From Naegleria gruberi (taxonomy: Eukaryota), in NCBI GenBank assembly GCA_000004985.1, contig GG738883.1: DNA of 64,000 bases; one strand, 5' to 3'. Under the pieces are notes generated by a model that saw only the letters and a list, made by a program, of their open reading frames with translations, did no database searches and was not told the origin of the DNA. Every line of letters starts with the position of its first letter. Positions within the stretch are counted from its first letter, which is position 1. A program made the translations under genes and the position numbers. Shown piece by piece: positions 32,600 through 44,075 of this stretch.

Positions 32600-34334
32600 A
32601 TGAAACAACAACGTTTATTCCTGTTTCTGATTGGTGCTATCGCTTTTATTTTACTTATTGTTTATCTACAATTTATCAACAACAAAACAACACCATCCAC
32701 TTCTCACATTTCTTCTAACTCTCCTCCGACAACAACACACGAGAGAAAGAAAGTAGACGAAACTAGAAATACACAACAGGTTGTTGCAGCAGAAGAGAAA
32801 GAAACTTCATCATTGCCAGGATCACACGTAAAGGAAATTAAAGTTCCAAAAATCAGAGACGATTCTTACTATGCAAGTGGTTTGAAATATTTCGATGCAT
32901 TCGAAAAAACACAAAATGTTGAAGCTAAATTAGCCGACATGGACACATCCAACATGAAAGATTTAATCTTTACTACCCAATTCAATCAAAGAATGAACAA
33001 GGGACAATTTATTGATAGAAGATTCGACAAGACACTTTATACATTTTCTAATGGAAAGGTCAAGGTAAATCATCCGAATCTGAAGGTGCATGTAAAATTC
33101 TCACCTGATGAATACAAAGATGATCATCTTCACTATCCAATCTCAACAGATGCCACCATTGATAGGTATTGTATCAGAGATAGTTTCTGTCAAGGTGTCG
33201 GTCAAACAATGTGTCAATTGTGTGATTCTAAAAAACCAAAACTTGAAAGCAAATACTTTTATACTTCATGGTGTTACAAACCAAATATTGATTTTACATT
33301 GGTTTCAGTGGATAATGGTATTTTAGATTATGGAGCTCATCATGAAATTGTGAGATTTAATGTTTTTGATGCAAATGCAAATGTGTTTTCAATGCCTGGT
33401 GGAAGTCCAATTGAAATTCATAGTGGAGGATGGAGTGTTGAATATCATGCTCAATTGGGAACAATTGGTAATGTGTGGTATCCTGATGGTATGTTCTTTT
33501 CATAATCATTCTTTTTTTTAATTCATGTTTTGCATTTTGTAATCTTAATTTTTGTAAAATGTGAAAATTCAAGCTCTTGGACATTTTCCAAATGAAATTC
33601 TTTTGAGAATTGTCTTTTTACACATTCATCTCCCTCTCGACATTCCAATCATTTATCATGATGGTCCATTTGCAAACTCAATTATGGATTCTCTAATTGA
33701 GAAGGGTTTCTTCCCAAAGGAGAGAAAATTCATCAAAGCAAAGGGTTCAGTTTTTCATGTGGCCAAACGTCTCTATTTCTTCCATTCTAAAGATTATCAA
33801 CACGTTCCAATTACTCCAGATGTTGTGGTGAGAAAGAGTACCGACTATCTGAAACAATTCTTCTATGCCAATGATAATTTGATTCAAAATAATGTCCGAT
33901 TCGACAGGGAATATATTCTAATTGTCGATAGATTGGACGCTAGCTCTAGAGGTATCCTAAATCATGATGAAGTAGTATCAAAAGTCAAAGAATCAGTCAA
34001 AGGAAAGAATATTGACGTTATTTCTGCAAGATTATCCAAACGTCAATTCTTGGAAATTGGTAAAATCTTTTTTGATGCCAAGGCAATCATTGCTCCACAT
34101 GGTGCTGGTCTAGCCAACTTGGTATTTGTGAAATCTGATATTAAATTCATGTTAGAGGTTGGTTGGGTTGGTTCAGATGCTGGAGGTTACTTTGCTCACT
34201 TTTTCTGTGTGGCTAGAGCTATGGGAATTAAGTATTATGCTGTGGCTGCAACTTCTGGAACTTATGGATCACATTTTAGAGTGGATGCTGACGAAATTGG
34301 TGGAATTGTAAGAAAGGAATTTGAAAATTATTAG
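32600..34334 (+). CDS. type-II membrane glycosyltransferase of the GT61/DUF563 family (EOGT / beta-1,2-xylosyltransferase-like), two exons
   Basis: Exon 1 is 32600-33488. The intron is 33489-33573 (GTATGT...TTCAAG). Exon 2 is 33574-34334. The N-terminus has a signal anchor. The C-terminal block 'IIAPHGAGLANLVFVKSDIKFMLEV' matches the GT61 'HGAGLTN' signature. Confidence 0.55.
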
Positions 34335-34497
34335 ATTCGAATAAGATTTTAATTTTGGGGTGTTGATTTTTCATTGGATTTCAAGGTATTGTAATCGACA
34401 GAGACTTTCTAATCTCATCAAATTAGAAACGCAGTAACGAAATCTGGGTAAAACCACACATTTGTTAACTCACTCGAGTTCACAACCATTAAAAAAA

Positions 34498-35604
34498 ATG
34501 TCACCACTCAACACATCACTTTTTATTTTTTGCATCTTGGCAGTATTGACACCCACCATTTACTCTCAATATCTTGTTGTCTCCCCTTCCACCTACTTAC
34601 CAGGTCAATACTATGTTACCTTGTCCATGAACAGTAGTTCTCCAGTCAACTTGGGTCACAGCTCCAATACCCAAGCAGCATACACAACTTCAACTGGTTT
34701 CACACTGCTGAGAAGCAACATTTTGAATGGAACCTACTACTTTAGAATAGGTTCAGTTTCGTCCTCTACAGGAAATTACGTAATTTTCAATTCTGCTTCA
34801 ACATTCCAAATTTCTTACAGAATTGGTGAAAGTTTTAATAACTTTTATCCATCTAGCTCAAGCAATTCCTATTCGATTCCTGCCTATGGAACTGAGAGAT
34901 TATATGCTAGCTCTTCCTACAGATCAGGAGAAAGTTATACATTACAATTCAAATCATCCAGAACAACTTCAGTCAAGATTGCATACACTTTCAATATTGA
35001 AACTGAACCATCCTATAGTTCTTATCAAATTACTTCATCCAGATCTGCATCCATTTCCTTTACTGTTCCAACTACTTCCTCTATTTATCCAACTTTTTAT
35101 TTATATATTCAGTGTAATAATGGAATTTCAGATTGTGGAACCATTACAGTTGAGACACCAAGATCTGATGATGCTGGAATGATTATTGGAATTGTGATTG
35201 GAGTTTTCATTTTGTTTATTATCATTTCAGTTGCCATTTCAATTCCATCAGTTATTGCTGCTAAAAAGAGAAGAATGATGGCACTTGCTGCAGTCACAGC
35301 TGCTAGCAAACATGGCGATTTTGCCACCACAAATAATGCAATTGTGCAGCCAACCATGCCACCTGGAGCCTACCAACCAATGGTTCAACAAATTCCAACA
35401 ATGCCACCTGGAGCTTATTACAATCAACAACAACCATCAACCATGCCACCTGGAGCTTATCAACCAATAATGGTTCAAAATCAAATGACAGTTCAAAATT
35501 ATCAGCCCTATGTTGTGGATCCACAAGTTCAACCATATAGTGGTCAACTACAATATGGAAATCAACCAATGCCTGCATTCAATCCTAATGTAGATCGTGT
35601 ATAA
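34498..35604 (+). CDS. novel type-I membrane protein, paralogue B (tail with three 'TMPPGAYQP' repeats, C-terminus 'PAFNPNVDRV')
   Basis: The first ATG is 34498 (MSPLNTSLFIFCILAVLTPTIYSQ, a signal peptide); the track used TTG at 34462. The ectodomain blocks are shared with 27063 and 36609, and a single TM 'IIGIVIGVFILFIIISVAI' is present. Confidence 0.6.
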   Translation: MSPLNTSLFIFCILAVLTPTIYSQYLVVSPSTYLPGQYYVTLSMNSSSPVNLGHSSNTQAAYTTSTGFTLLRSNILNGTYYFRIGSVSSSTGNYVIFNSASTFQISYRIGESFNNFYPSSSSNSYSIPAYGTERLYASSSYRSGESYTLQFKSSRTTSVKIAYTFNIETEPSYSSYQITSSRSASISFTVPTTSSIYPTFYLYIQCNNGISDCGTITVETPRSDDAGMIIGIVIGVFILFIIISVAISIPSVIAAKKRRMMALAAVTAASKHGDFATTNNAIVQPTMPPGAYQPMVQQIPTMPPGAYYNQQQPSTMPPGAYQPIMVQNQMTVQNYQPYVVDPQVQPYSGQLQYGNQPMPAFNPNVDRV

Positions 35605-35708
35605 TACGATATACTTGTTAAACTAGATTTATAATACTTTGAAAGTTTTTTTCATTCCACTTGATTTGAAACTTTTTCCCGCCTCATTAATAAATAAGGG
35701 ACAAAAAA

Positions 35709-36396
35709 AATGTCTCAAAATCCATCCGCCGAAACACTGCTATACATTAGACAGTGTGCTTCAGTGACATCCATGTTAAATCATTTTCCTTTCTTGAATT
35801 TTATGATTGAATTCTTTCACTCCTTGGGAGTTGAAGTTAAGGTAGACGACTATTTGAGATGAGAATGGACAAATTCTTGTTAATCAATTGCTGGCTATTA
35901 GTTTGGAAAATTTCAACATGTGTGGAATAGTTTCAAGTGACCTATCCAGAGAAAGTGAAGAGGAATGGAGAAGCTGTATTTTTATTTCGCAATTATGCAA
36001 CGAAGAAATAGGAGGCATAGAAAATTCTCACTTTGTTTTATCATACACGGCAGAAAAGTTACTTTCTGTTATTCTACCAAAAATTTGATTGTAGACCATT
36101 TCGTATTCAATAAGATTCAAACTTGGGACATTTGTAATGTGGATCATTTCATTGAAATAGTTGGATGTCTTTTTAAATTTACCAATTTTTCTTGGTGCCA
36201 TTTACCTAATCCATTTGGATACAAATCTAGTGCTATTCGTTGTTCTTCCCTAGCTGTTGGTTATTATGAAGAAGAGTTGAAAGAAAAGATAAGATCCAAA
36301 GAGAGAAGGGAGCTAATGAAAGAAACATTGCATAGAATTGAAAAGAAGTACAAACTAGGGCATACTCCAAAAACAAAGAAACAATTAGATTTGTGA
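35709..36396 (+). CDS. possible small multi-exon gene of unknown function; exon structure unresolved
   Basis: Short + strand ORFs with coding-like composition chain together: 35709 'MSQNPSAETLLYIRQC...', 35888-36088 and 35965-36396, the last ending in a basic tail 'KKYKLGHTPKTKKQLDL'. There are no competing minus-strand ORFs. I did not find a clean splice solution. Confidence 0.2.
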
Positions 36397-36608
36397 CTGA
36401 TAACGTAATTGAAAAATTGTTGAATTGTGCAATTAATAAATAACGTTTACAATGACTTCATCATGCAGAACCATTATTTGAATATCATCAAATTGTCAAA
36501 TGGAACCTTATAAAAGTTTACAAACAAGAAAACTCTAGAATGGTATTGGATTTTCAAAACAGCTCATTCAAATTCGAATCCTACTTTCCAATAACTTATT
36601 TTTAAAAA

Positions 36609-37874
36609 ATGTCCACTCGAGTCAACCAACACCACTCTCTAATTTTTTACTTCCTTGTTGCTGCTGGTGTTCTTACTCTCATCCACTCACAACTTGTTGC
36701 TGCAGTAAATGCAGCCTCTGGCTACGTCTATCCGAAAAATTATCTGACTCTCAATGTGAATAGTGGTGTTTATTCCGTTTCCTTCTCATCGAGTTGTTCA
36801 CTCGTGTTGGGTTATATTTCGTACAGTAATTATAACGATCTGGACAAATTGGCAACCTCTGTTCCTTCTACTTTCACTGTAATTTCAAAGGGTACAACCT
36901 ACTATTCAAACTCGTACAGTTATTATTCCTTAGATTCGAATTATTATTTTGTACTATTTAATAATGGATCATCCAACAGTTGTTATGCTAGCACATTTAG
37001 TGTGGCTTTGGAAATGAATACTTTATCATCCTCCACTCGTTCATTTACACTTCCCTATGGAATTACAAAAACCTTTTCCAATATTTATAGTTATAATAGA
37101 TTGGTTGTTACTTCCTCCAGTAGTTCTTCAATGAGTTTGTACTACAAGTCAGACTATTCATATTCTACACCAACAACAACACCAAATAGTTTGAGTCTTT
37201 ATAGTATTTCTAGATATGGAACTGCAAATATTCCATTGAGTACTTCTCGAAGTTCTTCGTATACCTCATATGTGTATCTTTCATGTGGTAATATTGGTGG
37301 TTGTCCTGTTACTTTATCTCTTGATTCAGATGGTAGTGATTCAGGTGCATCAACTATTATTGGAGCTATTGTTGGACCAATTGCATTTGTTGTAATTTTC
37401 ACATTCATTGTAATCATTTCAGTTGTTTCAACATGTGTGGCAAGAAGAAGAAGAATGCTGATGTTGGCAGCTGCCACTTCAGCTGTTGCAACTACAACCA
37501 CTTACTCAACTCAACCAACCTATGTTCCTGTCCCAACACCAGTTTCAACCACAACAACCACAACTGAAAACACAACTGTTTATGTTCCACCACCAGTTAC
37601 AACGACAGCTCAACAACCTTATAATCCAAATCAAGGTTACATTCCTCAACCTGGTGTTCCACAACCTTATAATCCAAATCAAGCTTACTACTCACAACCA
37701 CCAACTAGTCAACCGTATCAATCATATCAACCATATCAACAATATCAACAACAACAACCAAATACTCAACCTCCACCTTATTACAATCCTGGAGTTGGTG
37801 TCTACCCAACAAACAATGTTCCAGCACAACAAGAACCAAGGCCAGCTTTCAATCCAAATGTCGATAGTGTTTAA
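36609..37874 (+). CDS. novel type-I membrane protein, paralogue C (tail with 'QPYNPNQ(G/A)Y' repeats and a PPPYY motif, C-terminus 'PAFNPNVDSV')
   Basis: The ATG is at 36609. The protein has a signal peptide, a Ser/Tyr-rich ectodomain with the shared blocks, the TM 'IIGAIVGPIAFVVIFTFIVIISVV' and a Pro/Gln/Tyr-rich tail. Confidence 0.6.
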   Translation: MSTRVNQHHSLIFYFLVAAGVLTLIHSQLVAAVNAASGYVYPKNYLTLNVNSGVYSVSFSSSCSLVLGYISYSNYNDLDKLATSVPSTFTVISKGTTYYSNSYSYYSLDSNYYFVLFNNGSSNSCYASTFSVALEMNTLSSSTRSFTLPYGITKTFSNIYSYNRLVVTSSSSSSMSLYYKSDYSYSTPTTTPNSLSLYSISRYGTANIPLSTSRSSSYTSYVYLSCGNIGGCPVTLSLDSDGSDSGASTIIGAIVGPIAFVVIFTFIVIISVVSTCVARRRRMLMLAAATSAVATTTTYSTQPTYVPVPTPVSTTTTTTENTTVYVPPPVTTTAQQPYNPNQGYIPQPGVPQPYNPNQAYYSQPPTSQPYQSYQPYQQYQQQQPNTQPPPYYNPGVGVYPTNNVPAQQEPRPAFNPNVDSV

Positions 37875-38163
37875 AATTATTTCTAATTGAATCAATACAT
37901 GAATAGGATCAGTTCTTAATATTGGACTCGGTCAATTAACAAAACAACATTAAAATTCTTTCAATTTTCTATTCTGGACCAGAATATTAACACAAACCTT
38001 ATCCTCTTATCCACCTTCCAAATCTCATCTTTGAAATGTCTTTTGAATTGACCATTAAGTTATGGCTTACACAACCCTTAGGACATTGTAAGAATCTAGC
38101 TTGCTACGGACAATTCAAAAAATGCTAAAAATAAAAAAATTAATCAAATTCTTTTAAAAAAAA

Positions 38164-39861
38164 ATGGCTTCCACTGCACTCCGTGTTGTTTATAACAATT
38201 TGATTGAACATGTCAGAAAGTACAAGATTCTCCAATCGGTGAATGCTCTTGCTGATTGGGATGAGTTAGTCATGATGCCTCCAAAGGGTGCTGAATCAAG
38301 AGGATTGCAAAAGACTGTCTTGGCTTCTTTGACTCACGATTTGCAAACTTCTCCACTCATTGAAAAGTATCTTTCGGAATTGGTAACTACTCAAGATGAT
38401 CAAAAGATTGTAGTGAAGAATGATTCCGAATTTGATGAATATGAAATTTCCAATATTATTCTCATCCATAAGGAATTTATAAGAAATACTAAAATTACAA
38501 AGGAATTGGTTGAGAGAGCTTCTGAATTATCTAGTCGTGGATATCATCAATGGGTTGAAGCTAGAAAGAAAAGTGATTGGACCTTGTTCCAAGACACTCT
38601 CCAAGAATGGGTTAACATTCGTAAGGAAATGAGTTTGTTGATTGAACCAAATCAAAATATTGCTGATACTTTGCTTGACGAATATGATCCTGGAATGACA
38701 TGTGAACAAGTTGCTCAAGTTTTTGAAGATGTCAAGAAGGAATTGATTCCACTCATTCAAGCCATTAGAAAGAAGGTTGAAGAAAATCCAGAAAAATACA
38801 GTGATGCTTCCTTGCTTGCCAAGATTCAAGCTGGTGCAGATGAATTGTTTGATCAAAAGGAACCGTTCCCAGTTGAAAAGCAAACTGAACTCTCCAAGCA
38901 AGTAGCTCAAGAATTAGGTTTCGATTTTGAAATGGGTAGATTGGATGTCAGTGTTCACCCATTCAGTACTTCATTCTCAACCAATGATGTCAGAATTACT
39001 ACCAGATATAATACTAAGGAATTCGTTAATGGTTTGGGTATGTTTTTTTGATGAATTATTGAAATTTATTTACCACATCATTTGGATAATTTGATTATCA
39101 TCATATAATTTACATTATCTTATTCTTGAATAATTACAGCTGGTACTGTACACGAAACAGGACACTCACTCTATGAAGCTGGTCTCAATCCACTCTATGC
39201 CTATCAACCAGTTCAATCTGCTCTTGGTACTACCATCCACGAAAGTCAATCCTTGTTCTGGGAAAGACATGTTGGTTTGAGTAAGGGATTCTGGAGAAAG
39301 TGGTTGCCAGTTGCTGAAGAATTGTTCCCATACTTGAAGCAAAAGAAATTGAGCGTTGATGACATTTACAGATCTGCCAATACTGTCACCCTCAATAACT
39401 TTATCAGAATTGAAGCTGATGAATTGACCTATCCAATGCACGTAATTCTTAGATTTGAAATAGAAAAGGGATTATTGGATGGATCAATCAGTGTTGCTGA
39501 TGTTCCAAAAGTTTGGAATGCCAAAGTTAAGGAATATTTGGGACTTGATGTTCCAAATGATGCTAAGGGTGCTCTCCAAGATGTCCACTGGAGTTCAGGC
39601 GCTTTTGCCTATTTCCCAACATATCTTCTTGGTGCTATGGCCTCTGCTCAAATCTCTGCATCCATTCCAGATTTTGAAAAACACATTGAAGAAAATAACT
39701 ATGCCTTCTTGAAGAATTGGTTGAATGAAAACATCCACAAGAGAGGTACTGTTACATTGACCTCTAACAAGTTGCTTAAGGAAGCTACTGGTTCTGAATT
39801 GAATCCAAAGATCTTTGTTAACTATCTCAAGACTAAATACAGTGCTCTCTATGATCTTTAA
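38164..39861 (+). CDS. M32-family metallocarboxypeptidase (carboxypeptidase Taq-like), two exons
   Basis: Exon 1 is 38164-39037. The intron is 39038-39139 (GTATGT...TTACAG). Exon 2 is 39140-39861. The spliced product contains 'GTVHETGHSLYEAG' (HExxH zinc site), 'TIHESQSLFWERHVG' (the HES motif) and a C-terminal 'DVHWSSGAFAYFPTY', all M32 hallmarks. Confidence 0.85.
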
Positions 39862-40027
39862 AATAAAATTATCATTACTTTCAAATGAAAATTAGTTTGA
39901 AAATTAGAGAATCTATTTTGATCTTGTTCAATCAATATTGATTTCTATTTTCAATCAACAAAGATTACATCAAAATGATTATCTTAAATTTTACAAAATT
40001 AGATAATCTAATTTAATTAATAAAAAA

Positions 40028-40696
40028 ATGATTAGAAGAGCTTGCTCCATTTGTGCCGGTGTCAAACCTGTCAAATTTACAAGCTTCTCCCTGATACCTC
40101 GTTTCATACATTCAGCATCGGAACGACATTTTCATGTAAATCTAAATGCACAAACAAAAGATACTTACCTTCATCTGATGCAACGAGATTATGAAAAACC
40201 AACCTTTTCCACACTCAATATTACTATCCAAGATTGCAAAGAATGGAAGGAATTGGAATTTTTCAAGGCCATGGGTAGAACCATTCCAAGAGGAGGAGCT
40301 GGTTTAGCAAGAGGCGAATTGGAGATACTCCTCAAATCTAGGGAGGTTATGAATCCTATTGATGGTGAATTTCTCATTAAAGTTTCACAAGTTTTGGAGA
40401 AGAAAGGTTCATATGCAGCTAGAAAATATGTGGAATATGAATTGAGAACTGATCCAACAATTGCTAAAAAGATTGTTGATTGGGTAGAAGAGAAATCGAA
40501 AAGAGATGATACAAGTGGAGGTGGTGGAGAAGTAATTACCGATACTAGCTCACCAAATATTCCTCCCAGAGAACGAAAGGAAAAGGAACAAGAAACTTAT
40601 GACGATGAGCAGGAATGGATTGATGATTTTGGTGGAGGATTGGATGGTGGTGATGGTGGTGGTGATGGAGGGGGTGATGGTGGAGGAGGTGATTAG
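40028..40696 (+). CDS. hypothetical protein with a mitochondrial-presequence-like N-terminus and a Gly/Asp repeat tail
   Basis: The ATG is at 40028. The N-terminus 'MIRRACSICAGVKPVKFTSFSLIPRFIHS' is basic and amphipathic. The protein ends with GGDGGGD repeats. Confidence 0.45.
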   Translation: MIRRACSICAGVKPVKFTSFSLIPRFIHSASERHFHVNLNAQTKDTYLHLMQRDYEKPTFSTLNITIQDCKEWKELEFFKAMGRTIPRGGAGLARGELEILLKSREVMNPIDGEFLIKVSQVLEKKGSYAARKYVEYELRTDPTIAKKIVDWVEEKSKRDDTSGGGGEVITDTSSPNIPPRERKEKEQETYDDEQEWIDDFGGGLDGGDGGGDGGGDGGGGD

Positions 40697-40846
40697 TTCT
40701 CATTCGTTTTTTGATCTAACAATTATCCAAAATTACTCTTTTTTTCCTTTTATATTCATAGGCTGTAGATTTCAAAAAAACAAACTGTAATTTGTGTTCG
40801 TTACGTTTTTTGATGGAATTATAAATATTATAAATATAAAAAAAAG

Positions 40847-41687
40847 ATGCCAAAGAACAATGCACCTTTCATGATTAAGGTGCAGTTAGGAAATAAAAAG
40901 TCAGGAGTGGTTGTGGATCCTAGTCATGAATTTTCTAGTTTTGCTCTTCATCAGGTTTTACATTTTACTTCAGAGCAACGTTTGTTTGTCAAGGTTTGTT
41001 GTTATTGTAGTAACGAGTTGATTCATCAAGTTTATCATCATTTCACCTTATTTCATATTGAAAATTGTTGTATGGAATTGATGATTTGATTTAAATGTGG
41101 ACCATTCAATAATATATTTAGGTTTTGGCTCTTGAGGATGAGGAAAATAAATTGAGGATTTGTTTTCATCATGATCCGAACATTAGAATGGGAACTTACT
41201 TGATGAAGGAACAATTGATTAATGATTTAAAGCCGAACAAGGTTTATACACTGATTATTCAGGATACTAGAGATGTAAAAGTGGAAGATCTAACAACAGA
41301 GGAATTGGATGAAATCAAACGACTGTTCGATGAAATGGATAAAGGTAGAGTAGTTATTAATAACAACTCTTAAGGAAAACTCTAATGTTTGAAAATGTAG
41401 ATAAATCTGGATGTATTTCACTATTGGAAGTCAAGAACTTTTACAAAAATGAAATGGAAATCAATATGAGAGTGAGTCGTAAAGTTGCCGATAGAAAGAT
41501 TCAAAAACATGTAATATTTAGAGAAAGATATGAAAAGGACTATGAAAATGATTGTAAATTTTTCAAATCCATCATGGACAGTAACATTTCTCATTTTATG
41601 CAACAGGATACAGATAATAATTCACGAGTTACATGGGATGAATTTTTGAAACATCAAGCAAAGGTTAAAATTTCACAACGAAGATAA
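40847..41687 (+). CDS. hypothetical multi-exon gene with EF-hand-like loops
   Basis: Exon 1 is 40847-40993. The intron is 40994-41121 (GTTTGT...TTTAG). Exon 2 runs from 41122. A third segment, 41385-41687, carries EF-hand-like loops 'DKSGCISLLEVKNF' and 'DTDNNSRVTWDEF'. I could not determine how it joins exon 2. Confidence 0.4.
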
Positions 41688-42200
41688 TCAATATGTATAT
41701 TAATGTTAGATGGTTACATCATCAACACTTCAACACTAAGCAAACACTAAAACATCATCTTTCCAATAAATTTGATTCATTCCTTTGTGATTGTATTAGC
41801 AATAACGTTTCCTTCCACTAAGCAACACAAACCTCAAAGAACGGATTAAGAAGCCACTCAATAATTCAACGCCACCATAAACAGCCTCCTTAATACGAGA
41901 ACTATCAATTAATGAATAATTTCCAGAACAATTTTTCGCTTTGTAGACTTGTATGTTCCCCATTTTCTCCAAATATGAACCTTCCATGAATAAAGAAGGC
42001 ATTTCTTCTGAATTGGGTATTAATTGTGTTAGACACTAGTCCTGCATTTCAACAACAACATCATAGGTGGCGACATCCACTCTCTCTTTTGCTTTCATTT
42101 TCATTACCTGGGCAATTATTCATCCTGATTCATCCAAACTAAGAACCAAATTAAAGGCTAAATAATAATACTTCAAAAACTCATAAAAAAACATACAACA

Positions 42201-43950
42201 ATGATGCGTTCCTCTTTACAACAATCTGTTCAAAAGATTTCATCCTTTTCCAAACTCATGGGAAGAAACAATATTTCTGCCTGTTCGTATGGTATTAACA
42301 ATATTCCATTCGAAAAGAAGGTTATGGATGCCAAGACTGCTCTCACTTCGTTCATCAAGGGAGGAAACAGAGTTTTCGTTCAAACTGGTAAGTGTTTTTG
42401 AAGCATTGTATGGAGTTTGTATAATTTTGAATTGTTTTACTGTACTATTATTGCCACTTGTTTGTATTCCGGAACTGATGATTCAATTCCAATATATATT
42501 TACATATTCGTCATCTTCATTATCCACTTTTTGATTTTCATCATCAATTCATTACTGTTTATATGAATATAATTATTATATTAAAATTCAAAAGGTTGCA
42601 ACGTTCCAAAGCACCTTATCAAGAGTTTGGATACACTCATCGATGAAAAGGAAAAGACCTTTGCCGATAATAAGAAGAGAATTGAATTCGTAGGTCTCCA
42701 TATTAACTATTATCCAGGAGAACAACCACCACACATGAGTGGTAAAAATAGAGAATACTTCCACACAAATGCCATCTTTAACGGTGCTTCGGAAAGAGCT
42801 GGTATGAAAGATAGAAGTGGTGAAGAATTACCACTTGTCGATTACTTGCCAATCTTTTTGAGTGAAGCTCCAATTTTGTTCAAGAGTGGTAAATTCCCAC
42901 TTGATGTTGCTTTGATTCAAGTTTCCCCACCAGATAGCCACGGTTATTGGTAAGTACTAGTATAATTTGAATTTTGTGAAATAATTATTACCTTAATTAG
43001 TTCACTTGGTGTCTCTGTCGATATTTCCTTGTCTGGTGTTCAATCTGCTAAATATGTCATTGCTCAAATTAACAAGAATGTCCCAAGAACTCACGGTGAT
43101 GGTTTCATTCACATTTCTCAAATTGATGCTTTCGTTAAGCATGACGAACCACTTTCTGAAATTCCATGTAATATTCATGAACTTGATGAAGTTGACAGAA
43201 AGATTGGTGAAAATGTTGCTCAATTGATTCCAGATAGAGCTTGTTTGCAATTGGGTGTCGGAAGTTTGCCAAATGCTGTTTGTGCTGCATTGACAAATCA
43301 CAAGGATATTGGTATCCACACTGAATTGATGTCTGATGGTGTTTTGGAATTATTCAAGAAGGGAGTTGTCACTAACAAGTATAAGGGAGTTCACCCTAAT
43401 GAAATTTTGTGTACTTTCGTCATGGGTTCAAGAAACATTTACGATTTCGTTGATGACAATCCACAAGTCATTTTCAGAGGAGCTGACTTTGTCAATGATA
43501 TTAACAATATTAAGCAAAATAAGAATATGATTGCTGTCAACAGTGCTATTGAAATTGATTTTACTGGTCAAGTTTGTGCTGACTCTATTGGTACCAGAAT
43601 GTACTCTGGTGTTGGTGGTCAAGTAAGTATTTAAATAGTTCAATAATAATTTATGCAATATTTAGATGGACTTTATGGTAGGTTCAGCAAAGAGTGAAGG
43701 TGGTAAGCCAATTATGGCCATTCCATCCCTTACATCAAATGGTGAATCAAAGATTGTCAATACTCTCAAGGAAGGTGCTGGTGTCGTTACTACAAGAGCT
43801 CACGTTCACTATGTCTGTACTGAATATGGTATTGCTGAATTGTATGGTAAGAACGTTGTTCAAAGAGCTAAGGCCTTGATCAGTATTGCTCACCCAATGC
43901 ATCGTGAAAGATTGACTTTTGAAGCTAAGAAACGTTTCGGTTATTTCTAA
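42201..43950 (+). CDS. acetyl-CoA hydrolase/CoA-transferase family protein (Ach1 / 4-hydroxybutyrate CoA-transferase / ASCT subtype-1C-like) with an N-terminal targeting-like sequence; at least four exons
   Basis: The 5' exon is about 42201-42387 with a GTAAGT donor at 42388; I could not fix how it joins exon 2. The later exons are 42594-42949, 43001-43622 and 43666-43950. Their introns are 42950-43000 and 43623-43665, both GTAAGT...TAG. The spliced 'PDSHGYCSLGVSVD', 'SAIEIDFTGQVCADSIGTRMYSGVGGQMDFMVGSAKSEGGKPIMAIPS' and 'YVCTEYGIAELYG' are family signatures. Confidence 0.8.
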
Positions 43951-44075
43951 ACCTTATAGAGAGAATGCATCTCTTTTCCACAACATGATAAGAAAGAATT
44001 TATGTTGATTTTGCTCACAACTAACTTGCAACATGTTCAAAATTTTCTAACCAAATTTCCAATAAAAATTAAAAA

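Noticed and set aside
35109-35578. Minus-strand ORFs (35109-35357, 35248-35433, 35303-35578) overlapping the tail of membrane-protein paralogue B
   Set aside because: They are the antisense of the repeated TMPPGAYQP coding repeats. The + strand frame carries the conserved C-terminal PAFNPNVDRV.
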